Assembly (NCBI GenBank): GCA_049968255.1
Contig: JBMFRB010000007.1
Location: forward strand, 32,001 to 96,000
Direction: 5' to 3'
From: Candidatus Sumerlaeaceae bacterium
GTDB lineage: Bacteria; Sumerlaeota; Sumerlaeia; Sumerlaeales; Sumerlaeaceae
DNA length: 64,000 bases
A program made the position numbers and the translations under genes. Positions 21,228-32,192 of this stretch are shown here, piece after piece (positions within the stretch are counted from its first letter, which is position 1; each line of letters opens with the position of its first letter). The notes beneath the pieces were generated by a model. That model searched no databases, was not told the origin of the DNA, and saw nothing but the letters and a program-made list of their open reading frames with translations.

Positions 21228-22435
21228 TTGAGTGCGAGGGCTCCGGCCACAATGGAGGTCACAATTTCCACGGCCTCATCTAGAGGGATGTCAGTGGTGT
21301 CGATAATCGTTGCGTTGGGGGCTAGGCGTAGCGCGCCGTGCGTGCGTGTGCGATCGCGCCGATCGCGCTCGATAATGTCACGGCGCAACTGTTGCACATC
21401 AATAGGGTGGCCTTCTTGCTGATGCTGAAGGATGCGCCGGCGAACGCGCTCATCGAGCGATGCTACGACGTAAAACTTCCATCGTGCTTCGGGGATAACG
21501 ACCGTGCCAATATCGCGCCCATCGAGCACGCACCTGCCGCGCAAGGCCAGTTGACGTTGCAGACGGACCAGTTCTGTGCGAACACCTGGAATATCAGCGA
21601 CGGGGCTTGTATTGCGCGAAACTTCTGGAGCTCGAATGGCTTCCGTGACATCTTCGCCGTTGAGGAGCACGCGATTTGGTTGTTCGCCGGGACGCTCTTC
21701 ATATCGTATATCGAGTGAATGGGCGAGGGCGGTAAGCGCGTCCGCGTCGTCAAGGAGCACTCCACGGCGCATGGCCTCATAGGTGACGCATCGGTACATA
21801 GCACCGGTGTCGATGTGGGAGAAGCCGAGGCGCTTTGCGACCTTTTTCGCCAGCGAGCTTTTTCCCGAGGCAACAGGGCCGTCGATGGCGACGATAGTAT
21901 CGAAGACGTCTTCGTCGTCTGCAGTGCGCTTATCGAGTTCTTCGATGATGCGCTCGACAATTTCATCGGTCGTGTGATCGGTGGTATCGAGGTGGATGTC
22001 GGAGGTTTCGGCGTAGAGGTCGCGGCGCTCGTGCAGGAGCTGTGTGAGCTTTTTCAGGGGCTGGGAACGCGAAAGAAGAGGCCGGTTTGGGTCATCTCCA
22101 ATCCGTTCGAGCAGCACTTCGGCTGGTGCGTCGAGCCACACGACAAGGCCGAGCTCTCGCAGGCGTTGGCGATTTTCGGCTGAAAGAATCACCCCGCCGC
22201 CTGTGGCGATGACAGAATGGCGGGCCGACATGATTTCCTCGAGCACTTCGCTTTCGAGTTGGCGGAAATAGGCCTCTCCGCGCGTCTGAAAAATTGCGGG
22301 AATAGTCATGTTCGCACGACGCTCGATGAGCTCGTCGAGATCGATAAACTCCATACCCGTCTTTTTTGCAAGGTCGCGGCCAATGCTCGTTTTGCCGCTT
22401 CCCATCATGCCAATCAGAACAACGTTTTTATCCAT
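21224..22435 (-). CDS. aroK-cmk: Bifunctional shikimate kinase / cytidylate kinase fusion
   Basis: N-terminal GMMGSGKT, GEAYFR, ATGGG, RPLL (AroK); C-terminal AIDGPVASGKS, IDTGAMYR, DGRDIGTVV (Cmk); one uninterrupted ORF. Confidence 0.92.
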   Translation of the reverse strand: MDKNVVLIGMMGSGKTSIGRDLAKKTGMEFIDLDELIERRANMTIPAIFQTRGEAYFRQLESEVLEEIMSARHSVIATGGGVILSAENRQRLRELGLVVWLDAPAEVLLERIGDDPNRPLLSRSQPLKKLTQLLHERRDLYAETSDIHLDTTDHTTDEIVERIIEELDKRTADDEDVFDTIVAIDGPVASGKSSLAKKVAKRLGFSHIDTGAMYRCVTYEAMRRGVLLDDADALTALAHSLDIRYEERPGEQPNRVLLNGEDVTEAIRAPEVSRNTSPVADIPGVRTELVRLQRQLALRGRCVLDGRDIGTVVIPEARWKFYVVASLDERVRRRILQHQQEGHPIDVQQLRRDIIERDRRDRTRTHGALRLAPNATIIDTTDIPLDEAVEIVTSIVAGALALK

Positions 22436-22438
22436 CGC

Positions 22439-23653
22439 CTAGTAGTTGTCCAGATACTCGACGTAAGCTTGATAGTTTCGCCGGATTTCAGCAACCGAAT
22501 CCCCACCGAACTTTTCGAGAAATGCTTGAGCAAGCACAAAAGCAACGATGGCTTCGCCGACGACGGCAGCAGCCGGAACGGCGCAGACGTCGCTGCGCTC
22601 GCGTACAGCATCAAACGGCTCCTTCGAGCGCAAATCCACGCTTGGTAAAGGACGCATGAGGGTTGCAATCGGCTTCATTGCGGCCCGCACCACGATGGGT
22701 TCGCCGTTACTGATGCCGCCCTCGATTCCGCCGGCGTTATTGGATAGATGGTAAAATCCGCCCGACGGGCCGCGTCCGCGCTCGTGGCGCAAGCGGTCAC
22801 GTTCGCGGGGGTGGGGTGTATAAGCAATGGGATCGTGGACGGCTGAGCCGAGGCGATCGGCAACGCCGAAACCCATGCCAACACTCACGCCTTTGATGGC
22901 CTGACAGCTCATAAGCGCGTAAGCGAGCCGAGCATCAAGCTTCTCGTCCCAGTTCATCGTGTTTCCGAGGCCGACGGGCACTCCAGTCGCAATCACTTCG
23001 TACACGCCCCCAACGGTGTCGCCGTTCTCCTTGGCGCGACGAATCAGTTCGCGCATCTGCTCTTCAATTTCTGGCCGCGCAACACGCAAATCGCTCTGCT
23101 CGGCGCGTGTGCGAATGGTCTCGTAGTCGAGATCCTTGGTATCAACCTCAATGCCTCCGAGATTGACGACGTGGCTCATGATGGAAATACCGAATTCTTC
23201 GAGCAGGCGCCTACACACGGCCCCGACGGCCACGCGGGCAGCGGTTTCGCGGGCGCTGGCGCGTTCAAGAACATTGCGGGCGTCGCGATGACCGAACTTC
23301 AATGCGCCGGCCAAATCGGCATGCCCCGGGCGCGGACGTGTGACAATACGCTGTTCGTCAAGCTCTCCGGGAGCAGGGTCCATTTGCTCTACCCAAACTT
23401 GGTAATCGCGATTTTCAATGACGAGGGCGACCGGCGAGCCAAGCGTGTAGCCTTTGCGCACGCCGCCGCAAATTTTGACAGTGTCTTTTTCAATTTTCAT
23501 GCGGGCTCCCCGGCCGTAGCCGAGTTGTCGGCGGGCCAGATCGCGATTGATGTGATCGGCAGTGATGAACAATCCGGCAGGGATGCCACGCACAATCGCT
23601 GTGAGCTGGGGCCCGTGCGATTCGCCAGCGGTCATGTAGTCGAGTCGCTTCAC
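22439..23653 (-). CDS. aroC: Chorismate synthase
   Basis: [48 protein letters not shown]. Confidence 0.97.
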   Translation of the reverse strand: MKRLDYMTAGESHGPQLTAIVRGIPAGLFITADHINRDLARRQLGYGRGARMKIEKDTVKICGGVRKGYTLGSPVALVIENRDYQVWVEQMDPAPGELDEQRIVTRPRPGHADLAGALKFGHRDARNVLERASARETAARVAVGAVCRRLLEEFGISIMSHVVNLGGIEVDTKDLDYETIRTRAEQSDLRVARPEIEEQMRELIRRAKENGDTVGGVYEVIATGVPVGLGNTMNWDEKLDARLAYALMSCQAIKGVSVGMGFGVADRLGSAVHDPIAYTPHPRERDRLRHERGRGPSGGFYHLSNNAGGIEGGISNGEPIVVRAAMKPIATLMRPLPSVDLRSKEPFDAVRERSDVCAVPAAAVVGEAIVAFVLAQAFLEKFGGDSVAEIRRNYQAYVEYLDNY

Positions 23654-23734
23654 GATGCGATTAGTCCTCTTCTCTACATCAAATTATCTGTGTGGCCTTT
23701 ACGTTTGCGGCTTTGCTGCAGAGACATTTTTCGG

Positions 23735-24445
23735 TCAACGTTCAGTGCGAAGGATTTGAGCAAAGTCGCCCGATTTGACGCCGAGGGCATTGGCATCGTC
23801 GGTATCGAGATGGAGCTCCGATCGAAAGGTTTCGGCGGCACGCACCTGCACATCGAGAAGAATTGCGGGGCGCTCGCCTTCGACGTGCACAGCCACAGTA
23901 TCTTTGTCGCGAAGTCCCAGCGCAGCAGCTTCGCTCACGTGGAGGTGGATGTGGCGATTTGCTCGAATGACCCCGCTGGTGAGAGTGACAGAACCGACCG
24001 GCCCCACAAGCGTTAGACCAATGGAATCGCGGTGGTCTCCACTCGGGCGCACGGGCGGCGGTTTTTTCAAACCGAGCGCAAAACAGTCGGTGAGGGAAAT
24101 TTCAACCTGTGTTGCTTTCCGCAGTGGTCCTAGAATGCGAACAGGTCCCAGACATTTGCCCGCTGACGAGACGATGAGCACTTGTTGATTGCTGGCAAAC
24201 TCGCCAGTCTGGCGGAGTGGACGGAGGACGGTAAGTTCAGCGTTTGGGCCAAAGAGAGTTTCCAAATGTTCTCGGCTTAGATGCACGTGGCGCGCGGAGA
24301 CGCCAATAGGAATTCGACCGGCTCGCAGATCGTCACTGATGAGAGTTTCAATCGTCCTGCTCGCCTGCGGGTGAGCTTGCGGCTCCCGCTGCTGCAGACG
24401 TTCAATAACGCGCGCTACGATTGTGTCCACCAAGCTGGGATCCAT
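23735..24445 (-). CDS. pduL: Phosphate propanoyltransferase / phosphotransacylase PduL with N-terminal encapsulation-peptide-like helix
   Basis: VSARHVHLS, RILGPLRKATQVEIS, RHIHL, LHLDTDDANA; start placed at ATG 24445. Confidence 0.9.
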   Translation of the reverse strand: MDPSLVDTIVARVIERLQQREPQAHPQASRTIETLISDDLRAGRIPIGVSARHVHLSREHLETLFGPNAELTVLRPLRQTGEFASNQQVLIVSSAGKCLGPVRILGPLRKATQVEISLTDCFALGLKKPPPVRPSGDHRDSIGLTLVGPVGSVTLTSGVIRANRHIHLHVSEAAALGLRDKDTVAVHVEGERPAILLDVQVRAAETFRSELHLDTDDANALGVKSGDFAQILRTER

Positions 24446-24479
24446 ATGGGGAATGATTCGCGAAAACAGCGCGTGAGAC

Positions 24480-26900
24480 TCAAGGCAGAAATTGGGTGAC
24501 AAAGCTTTTCAGGGCCGCGGATCGTACCTCGATACGATTGCCGTCCGTGGCGACCCACACCGCACCATCGCGATCAGTTCGATAAACACGAGCTCCATGT
24601 GTCTCGAGCCGTTTAAGCACCGCCGGGGAAGGATGCCCGTAGTGGTTGCGCCGGCCGCAGGAAATCACTGCAATCTGTGGCCGAACTGCATCGAGAAAAG
24701 CGTCCGTTGAGCTAGAGGCGCTGCCGTGGTGAGCCACCTTGAGCACGTCGCAGGGGGGCAGATTGTTCGCAAGCATCTCGAGTTCGGCTTGGCGCTCGGC
24801 ATCGCCCGTCATAAGAACACTAAAGTTCCGGTAGCGAACGCAGAGCACAAGGGAACGCTCGTTGTTCGAGCTGAGTGATGGCGATGTGGAACAGGAGGGG
24901 TTCAAGACTTCCAACTCGAGTCCAGATTCGACGACAACGCGATAACCGGCACAGACACGGATGATTGTTGGCAATGCCGTCGCCGTTGTGGTCGTGGGAA
25001 AAAAACGATCGGCAGAAACCATGTCGTTACTGACGATCATCTTTTTCACGTTCCACTCCTCGATAATCGTTGGTGCGCTTCCCGTGTGATCGCTATCTTC
25101 GTGCGTAAGAACGAGATAATCGAGGGGCCAACAGCCGAGTGCGCTGAGCTGTGGAATGACGACCTGCCGCGCCATGTTTGGGATATTGTTTCCGGTATCG
25201 ATGAGCAGTGTGTGGCCAGTGGGCAAGCGCATAAGAGCGGCATCACCCTGACCGACGTCAAAAAACCAGATATGCAACCGGCGATCGGCGCGTTGCCAGG
25301 CGGTGGAAATCATAAGAATCGCGAAGCCTACAAGGACATGAATGGCGAGACGAGCACGAGCCTTGGGAATGAACTCTGGAGAATCGCGCGATACGAGATA
25401 GTAGCCAGACGTCAGGGAGGCGTAATAGGCAAAAACGGCGGGCAACGGGAGCTGCGGCAGATGCAAAATGGCCCAAGTTTGCTCAGCAGTAAAGCGGACG
25501 AGCTCCTCCAGGAGCTGCATCAGCGCGCTGCTCGCTGTACCGATAAGCACTGCAAGGGGTTGCGATAGTAGTGACGCAGCGATGGTGGCTAGTCCGGAAG
25601 CAACGAGGGGACCGCATAAGATTGCTGCAAATACGTTTGTAAGAGGAGACAGCAAGTTGATTTGATTGAAGAAATGAAGTTGCATCGGAAGGAGGAACAG
25701 GGTCACTGCAAGAGTGACGAGTGCAGCGTCGTGAGCTGGTTTAAGAATGGCGCGGAGATGGCCGCCAGAGGGGATGGTCTGCGAAATCGGTAAGATTTTT
25801 TGGAGAATTGGGAAAAAGGTAATGATTCCTAAAACGCCCGCTGCTGAGAGCAAGAACGCTGGCTCCCAAAGAAGGTTCGGCTGAGCAAGAAGCAGGGCGA
25901 AACATCCGACCGTGAGCGCAGTCACGAGGTCTATCTCGCGTCGCAGCCAGGTCGTTGCTGCGTAAGCCGTGAGCATCGAAGCGGCGCGCAACGCTGAGGG
26001 GACAAAATCCGTCAGTGCCACGTAGCACCAAACAAGAATACACGCCATCAACCAAGCACTGGGCCAAGAGAGTCGAAGAGCGCGGAGAATGAGCAGAAAC
26101 ACTGCCGCGAGCGCACTCACATGAAGACCACTCACGGCAAAGAGATGGAACATGTTGCTGTTGCGAAGCCAACGAGTTTCGTGAGGGCGGAGAATGCGAC
26201 GATCGTTGAAGAGCATGCTTGTCAACCACCGACTTTCGTTCGGGGGAAGCGAGTTGTTCAGCGTGGCGGTTGCATAGCGTCGAACGTTATGCAAAGCGCT
26301 GAGGAATCTGCCCTTCAGGCCAGGTGGTGTGATGGTATCGAATCGAGATGTTCGCACAACGGCGTAAATGCCGCGTTGAGCCAGGCGTTGGCGGTAGTTG
26401 GGGCCGAAGAAGTTCTGGTAGGTTTGCGGAAGGTCCAGGGCACCGGTCAGCTCAACGTATTCACCGAGCAAAGGGACTTGTGTCGTGAGCTGATCACCGC
26501 GGGGCACGAGCAACACGAGGACGTCGCCGTCCAGCAAAAATTTACCAGCCTCGCTTTCGATAGAGGGGCGCCTAACCACAAAGCGTTGGGGGGAATCGTC
26601 CGGAGAATCAGCGGATGACACATAACCAGTAAGAAGGACCGACACAGGGGGGCTGAGGTTTTCAAGCTGACTTTGCCCGGCGATTTCTTTGCGGAGGGAG
26701 GAATAGGAGATGAGGGTTCCACACCCCACAAAGACAACCAACACAACGGGCGTTGTCTCGCGTCGCAAAAAGGTCCATATCAGCGCTGAACCAACGAGCA
26801 GGGCAAAAAAGACCCATACAAACGCCATGCTGCGACCTACCCAAAGACCGAGGAGATAGGCCACCAACAACGGAACCAGTGGACGTTTGAAATAGGTCAT
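24480..26900 (-). CDS. comEC: DNA uptake competence protein ComEC/Rec2
   Basis: HLFAVSGLHV, PSALRAA, FDVGQGDA, THEDSDH, LKVAHHGS, NHYGHP. Confidence 0.95.
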   Translation of the reverse strand: MTYFKRPLVPLLVAYLLGLWVGRSMAFVWVFFALLVGSALIWTFLRRETTPVVLVVFVGCGTLISYSSLRKEIAGQSQLENLSPPVSVLLTGYVSSADSPDDSPQRFVVRRPSIESEAGKFLLDGDVLVLLVPRGDQLTTQVPLLGEYVELTGALDLPQTYQNFFGPNYRQRLAQRGIYAVVRTSRFDTITPPGLKGRFLSALHNVRRYATATLNNSLPPNESRWLTSMLFNDRRILRPHETRWLRNSNMFHLFAVSGLHVSALAAVFLLILRALRLSWPSAWLMACILVWCYVALTDFVPSALRAASMLTAYAATTWLRREIDLVTALTVGCFALLLAQPNLLWEPAFLLSAAGVLGIITFFPILQKILPISQTIPSGGHLRAILKPAHDAALVTLAVTLFLLPMQLHFFNQINLLSPLTNVFAAILCGPLVASGLATIAASLLSQPLAVLIGTASSALMQLLEELVRFTAEQTWAILHLPQLPLPAVFAYYASLTSGYYLVSRDSPEFIPKARARLAIHVLVGFAILMISTAWQRADRRLHIWFFDVGQGDAALMRLPTGHTLLIDTGNNIPNMARQVVIPQLSALGCWPLDYLVLTHEDSDHTGSAPTIIEEWNVKKMIVSNDMVSADRFFPTTTTATALPTIIRVCAGYRVVVESGLELEVLNPSCSTSPSLSSNNERSLVLCVRYRNFSVLMTGDAERQAELEMLANNLPPCDVLKVAHHGSASSSTDAFLDAVRPQIAVISCGRRNHYGHPSPAVLKRLETHGARVYRTDRDGAVWVATDGNRIEVRSAALKSFVTQFLP

Positions 26901-27065
26901 GAACAGGTATATAAGTTGTTGATGAGTGAGATTGCAATTGCTTCATTTCTTCGGACTTACGGCGGGCGACTTTGGCATTTGGATTGAAGGGGGAGCTGGG
27001 GTGAAGTGCATAATGATTTTACTATTGAACTATTTTAGACTCTAGCCGGAGAATAAGATTTCACA

Positions 27066-28295
27066 ATGCTTTTCTGGACTATCGTCAAAGTTGCCCTTCG
27101 GAGCCTGGCGGCGAACAAGCTTCGCTCGTTCCTGACGATGCTCGGCGTCATTATTGGGGTGGCAGCCGTTATTGCCATGCTTGGACTCGGAGCTGGCACG
27201 CGCGAAAAGGTTATGGAATCGGTGCGCACCATGGGAGCAAACCTCCTGGTGATTCGCCCTGGGATGACTGGCGGCGGCACGGGCGTGTTCACCGCAGAGC
27301 GCGTGAATCTCAAAGTTGAAGATGCGCAAGCTATTCTAGCCCAGGTGCCCGAGATTGAAATGGTGTGCCCTGAAGTAACTGGCCGCTTTCAGGTGAAATT
27401 CATGAATAAGAACAGCCGTCCCAGCGTCAACGGCGAGGCGGCCACCTATTTTGCGGTGCGCAACTACGTGATTGATAGAGGGCGCGGTTTTACCGAGGGC
27501 GACGAATTGCGCAATGCGCGAGTGGCCGTGATTGGCCCCAAAACCGCACAAGACCTGTTTGGCGATCTGGATCCCATAGGGCAGACGGTCAAAGTGCGCG
27601 GAATCAATTTTCTTGTTGTTGGCGTGACAAAACCGAAGGGAGACCAGGGTTGGTTCAACCCCGACGATCAAGTGATCATCCCTTACACGACAGCGATGAA
27701 TCAGGTGATGGGGCGCGACAACCTGAGCAGCATTTACTGCAAGGTACGCAATGGTGCCGACATGACCACGGCACAAGACAAGGTCGCAGAGGTTTTGCGT
27801 CGGCAGCACCGGATCCAGCCTGGGATGCCGGATGACTTTACGATCCGCAATCTCCAGGAAATCTCGGATTCACTCAATCAAGTATCGAAAGTCTTCACCA
27901 TGCTTTTGGCAGGAGTCGCCGCGGTCTCGCTGCTGGTTGGCGGTATTGGGATCATGAATATTATGCTGGTGACCGTAACAGAACGGACGCGCGAGATTGG
28001 TGTGCGTAAAGCACTGGGAGCGCGAGCGATTGACCTCATGTCGCAATTTCTGCTGGAAGCCGTGGTGATTAGTTTGACGGGAGGGCTCATTGGCGTGGCC
28101 CTGGGTGTGGGAGCAATCGTGGCATTCAACAGAATCACTGAGGCTCTCTCGGGCTCGGCGTATGGGGCGCAGGTGCAGTTGCTCCCCATCGTGATTTCCT
28201 TTGGCTTCTCCGTTTTAGTTGGCGTGTTTTTCGGCTGGTACCCTGCTCGTAAAGCGGCAAAGCTCGATCCTATTGAGGCTCTCCGGTATGAGTGA
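27066..28295 (+). CDS. MacB-like (type VII) ABC transporter permease
   Basis: RSFLTMLGVIIGV, LVGGIGIMNIMLVTVTERTREIGVRKALGA, DPIEALRYE. Confidence 0.93.
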   Translation: MLFWTIVKVALRSLAANKLRSFLTMLGVIIGVAAVIAMLGLGAGTREKVMESVRTMGANLLVIRPGMTGGGTGVFTAERVNLKVEDAQAILAQVPEIEMVCPEVTGRFQVKFMNKNSRPSVNGEAATYFAVRNYVIDRGRGFTEGDELRNARVAVIGPKTAQDLFGDLDPIGQTVKVRGINFLVVGVTKPKGDQGWFNPDDQVIIPYTTAMNQVMGRDNLSSIYCKVRNGADMTTAQDKVAEVLRRQHRIQPGMPDDFTIRNLQEISDSLNQVSKVFTMLLAGVAAVSLLVGGIGIMNIMLVTVTERTREIGVRKALGARAIDLMSQFLLEAVVISLTGGLIGVALGVGAIVAFNRITEALSGSAYGAQVQLLPIVISFGFSVLVGVFFGWYPARKAAKLDPIEALRYE

Positions 28296-30084
28296 AAAAG
28301 TATTTGCGCGGAGTAGATGGGGGCTCGTCATCGCCTGTCTTGCTTTCGCGGTCAGTGGCTATGCCACGGAGTTTTCCACCGCGACGGTGGTACGCGGAAA
28401 AGCTTTGAGCATGAACCAACTGGAGGAGAAGGGGGAACACCTGGATCCGCTATCTTTACTTGAAGACCTTGACACGGCAACGACGACGCTTCCCGAATCA
28501 CCTTTGGAAGACAGCGCGCTCGAGGTGGGGACCAGGGAGAAGGCAACGTCGATTTCCCACAGTGCACTCAATCTTTTGCCGGCCACTCCCCTACCTGTTG
28601 CAGAGCTTGATTCGGTGAGTACCTCCGGAAAAGGCGCTCGCCCCCTCACCCTCATGGAAGCCCTTTGCTGGGCATTGGAGTCGAACCAGAGCCTGAAGAT
28701 TGAGCGTCTGCGTCCGGAAATTGCGGCGACGAACATTGAGAGCGCGTGGGGTGCTTTCGACACTCGTTTGTCAGCACAGGCCTCCGTAGGCAGTGCACAT
28801 TCTTCAACTTTGTCTCCACGCGCTAAGGATGCCCCGTCCGCACCGCGATCAGAGGACGAGAGGGTGGCTCGGAGTCGTGATCTTTCACTCGACCTGGCTG
28901 GGCGCCTGCCCACGGGCACGGACTACGACCTCGGCTTCGGGATCAATCGCTCGATAACGAACTCGACCTATCCTTTTTACTCTTCGGCGGTGAACCTCAA
29001 CATCACGCAGAACTTACTCAAGGGGGCAGGTCCGAAAGTCAACATGGTGCAAGTGCGCACAGCAGAAAACACCTATCTGATCTCGAAATATCAGCTCCAG
29101 CAGGTGCTGATTAATCTTATCACGAACGTGGAAAACGCGTACTGGGATCTCTATCTATCCTATAAGACGCTTGAGATCCGCCTTGAAGCTTACCGGTTGG
29201 CAAAGGAACAGCGGCACCGAACGGAAGAGCTCGTGCGTGTGGGGCGCGATACGCCCCTTGGACTGTTTAGTGCCCATGCGGAAGAAGCTGCGCGTATTTC
29301 AGACGTGATCAACGCCGTGGCTGAAGTGAAGCGCCGGCGAATCAATTTCATCCAATTGGTGAATCCGGAGCGAGTGCCAGCTGGCTGGGAGACACGTATT
29401 TTCCCTCGGGAGGAGCCCGTGGTTCCGAACGAACCCCTGCTGCCAGAGCAGCATGTGGTGGTGGCTATGAAATACCGCCCCGACCTTCAACAGGCACAAC
29501 TGGATTTGGCCAATGGCGAACTCGAAGTTGTGCGGACGCGCAATGGGTTGTTACCTGTGCTTGATTTTTTCACCGATGTGGGATGGGCGGCCAAAGGCGA
29601 CAATCTTAGCGATACAAATTCGCGCTTGGGAGATTATCCGAGTTGGCGAGTAGGGCTGCAGTTTTCGTACCCGTTGCAAAATCGAACAGCGCGAGCAGCT
29701 TATCGCAGAGCGGAATTCAACCGGGCGCTGGCGACAGAAGCCATTGAGAATTACAAGCAAATCATCGAGGTGGATGTGCGTTTGGCCATCAATGAGATTG
29801 AGCGGACAAAGCGCCTGATTGATTCCACCCACATCACACGACTGCTTCGCGAAGAAGAGCTTGCAGCGGAGATCGAGAAATTTCGTGTAGGGCGTTCGAC
29901 ACAGCTGTTGGTAGCGCAGGCGCAGCGCGATTTGACGGCCGCACGCGTGGATGAGATTTCGGCGGTCGTGGCGCACATCAAGGCCTATCTCAACCTCTTC
30001 AAAGCTGAAGGAAGCGTTTTGCAACGCCGCGGAATCCAGCCCGTGGTCAACGTTGCTAGAACTGGAGTCAGAGGGCGCCAATGA
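28288..30084 (+). CDS. TolC-family outer membrane efflux protein
   Basis: Signal peptide, two OEP-like repeats ('VENAYWDL', 'EKFRVGRST'); ATG overlaps the permease stop. Confidence 0.88.
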   Translation: MSEKVFARSRWGLVIACLAFAVSGYATEFSTATVVRGKALSMNQLEEKGEHLDPLSLLEDLDTATTTLPESPLEDSALEVGTREKATSISHSALNLLPATPLPVAELDSVSTSGKGARPLTLMEALCWALESNQSLKIERLRPEIAATNIESAWGAFDTRLSAQASVGSAHSSTLSPRAKDAPSAPRSEDERVARSRDLSLDLAGRLPTGTDYDLGFGINRSITNSTYPFYSSAVNLNITQNLLKGAGPKVNMVQVRTAENTYLISKYQLQQVLINLITNVENAYWDLYLSYKTLEIRLEAYRLAKEQRHRTEELVRVGRDTPLGLFSAHAEEAARISDVINAVAEVKRRRINFIQLVNPERVPAGWETRIFPREEPVVPNEPLLPEQHVVVAMKYRPDLQQAQLDLANGELEVVRTRNGLLPVLDFFTDVGWAAKGDNLSDTNSRLGDYPSWRVGLQFSYPLQNRTARAAYRRAEFNRALATEAIENYKQIIEVDVRLAINEIERTKRLIDSTHITRLLREEELAAEIEKFRVGRSTQLLVAQAQRDLTAARVDEISAVVAHIKAYLNLFKAEGSVLQRRGIQPVVNVARTGVRGRQ

Positions 30085-31460
30085 AAAAGACGGTCGTTAT
30101 GGCCATCCTCGTCGTGGTTGGTGTTGGGATTTATTGGAAATGGGGGCGTGCTGCCAAATCTCCGGCAAGCGAAGTGGAAGCGGCTCCACGAACGGTCAAG
30201 GTGGAACGTGGCACCATCGAACTGAAAGTGTCAACGACGGGGCGCGTCGTGGCAAATCGCGACGTGGATATCAAGTCGAAAGCTAGTGGGCAAATCATCC
30301 GCTTTCCGTATGACATCAGCGATCCAGTGACCAGCGGCGCCTTGCTAGCGGAGCTCGACCCGGTTGATGAAATCCGAAATGTGACACAACGCGAGGCCGC
30401 ACTGATTTCAGCGAAAGCGCGATTGGAGCAAGCCAAACAAGACTACGAAGTGGCGCTAGTGAACATGGAGACGCAGACGTCTAGCGCGCTTGCCGAGCTG
30501 GCGGCCGCAACAATTCGCGAACGCGATGCACGGTCTCGCTTGGCCCGCGAGGAGGAGTTATACAAAAAAGGACTGACGACAAAAGAAGCGCTCGACGCGG
30601 CACGAAGCGAAGCAGCCAGCGCGGCAAATCAAATGCGCCAGGCTGAAGTGAAGGTTGCGCAAACGAAAAACTTCCCGCGTACGGTGGAAATGAAGCGCCA
30701 AGACATCCTCTTGGCGGAAGCGGACGTAAAAAGAGCCCAAGTAGACTTGCAAAACGCACAGCAGCGGTTGCGTGAGACAAAAATTTTCGCTCCTATGGAT
30801 GGGGTGGTGACCGCAAAGATGGTGCAGGAAGGGCAAATTATCTCCTCGGGAATTTCGAACGTTGGTGGCGGCACGACCCTTATGACGCTGAGCGATCTTT
30901 CGCGCATTTTTGTGAACGCCAACGTCGACGAATCGGACATAGGTAAAGTGAAATTGGGGCAACGGGCCACCATCACTTGCGATGCTTATCCGGGCAAACG
31001 TTTCCGAGGCAAGGTTGTGCGGATTGCCACAAAAGGCACAAATAATAATAACGTTGTGACCTTTGAGGTGAAAATCGAGATTGAAGGGGAAGGAAAAGAG
31101 CTGCTGCGGCCAGAAATGACTGCGAATGTTGAGATCCAGGCTGACCGCAAAGAAGATGTACTGCTTTTGCCAAATGAAGCTGTGCAGTACGGACGTATGG
31201 GCTACTTCGTCGAGGTCAAGAAAGAAGACGATCCGACCACAACCGTGAGAAAACCGGTGAAAACCGGCATCACAGATGGGCTTCAGACGGAAATTATCGA
31301 AGGCGTGAAAGAGGGCGAAGAGGTCCTTGTTCCGACAACGATTCAAAGCCGATGGGTTCAGGGGCAAGGCGGACCTGGTCAACGCAGTGGAGCAAACTTT
31401 GACCGCGGTATGCGGATGGCGACGTTCCGTTTGAGTGGAGCGGGAGGTGGCAGACGGTAA
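30081..31460 (+). CDS. Membrane fusion protein / periplasmic adaptor (MacA-like)
   Basis: N-terminal TM, VDIKSKASG, long coiled-coil hairpin, IFAPMDGVV, VDESDIGKV, LRPEMTANV. Confidence 0.92.
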   Translation: MKKTVVMAILVVVGVGIYWKWGRAAKSPASEVEAAPRTVKVERGTIELKVSTTGRVVANRDVDIKSKASGQIIRFPYDISDPVTSGALLAELDPVDEIRNVTQREAALISAKARLEQAKQDYEVALVNMETQTSSALAELAAATIRERDARSRLAREEELYKKGLTTKEALDAARSEAASAANQMRQAEVKVAQTKNFPRTVEMKRQDILLAEADVKRAQVDLQNAQQRLRETKIFAPMDGVVTAKMVQEGQIISSGISNVGGGTTLMTLSDLSRIFVNANVDESDIGKVKLGQRATITCDAYPGKRFRGKVVRIATKGTNNNNVVTFEVKIEIEGEGKELLRPEMTANVEIQADRKEDVLLLPNEAVQYGRMGYFVEVKKEDDPTTTVRKPVKTGITDGLQTEIIEGVKEGEEVLVPTTIQSRWVQGQGGPGQRSGANFDRGMRMATFRLSGAGGGRR

Positions 31461-31462
31461 TC

Positions 31463-32188
31463 GTGACCCACAGCATAGATTTGCGCAACATCGTGAAAAT
31501 CTACAAAATGGGCGACCAGGAAGTGCGAGCAGTGGATGGCGTGTCGTTCGTCGTTGAACCTGGCGAAATGGTAGCAATCACTGGCGCGTCAGGGAGCGGG
31601 AAAACGACGCTCATGAACATCATCGGATGCCTGGACCGTCCAACGTCGGGTCAGTACTTTCTCGATGGCGAGGACGTCAGTAAACTTTCCGAGAATGCTC
31701 TTGCGCGAATTCGAAATCGTAAAATCGGCTTTGTGTTTCAAAACTTCAACCTCTTGCCACGCATGACAGCGCTGGAAAACGTGGAGGTTCCACTGCTCTA
31801 TGCAGGATTCCGCCACGCGAAAGATCAGGCCATGGAGGCCTTACAACGAGTGGGCCTTGCGCAACGAGCGCATCATGAGCCAAATCAACTCTCGGGGGGA
31901 CAACGGCAGCGCGTGGCTATTGCGCGTGCGCTCGTGACAAACCCGACGATCATCCTGGCGGACGAGCCGACCGGCAACCTCGACTCGCGAACGAGCGTGG
32001 AAATTATGGAGCTATTCGCTGAACTCAACGAGCAGGGCGTGACGCTCGTTATTGTGACGCACGAGCCGGACATTGCTGCGTGGTGCAAGAGAGTGATTCA
32101 GATGCGGGATGGCAAAATTTTGGACGATCGCCCGATTGCCCCGCGGCGTCCCATGCTTGCGAAAGCGCAGCTAGAGCTTTCAAAATAA
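31463..32188 (+). CDS. ABC transporter ATP-binding protein (LolD/MacB-type)
   Basis: [32 protein letters not shown]. Confidence 0.95.
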   Translation: MTHSIDLRNIVKIYKMGDQEVRAVDGVSFVVEPGEMVAITGASGSGKTTLMNIIGCLDRPTSGQYFLDGEDVSKLSENALARIRNRKIGFVFQNFNLLPRMTALENVEVPLLYAGFRHAKDQAMEALQRVGLAQRAHHEPNQLSGGQRQRVAIARALVTNPTIILADEPTGNLDSRTSVEIMELFAELNEQGVTLVIVTHEPDIAAWCKRVIQMRDGKILDDRPIAPRRPMLAKAQLELSK

Positions 32189-32192
32189 CAAT

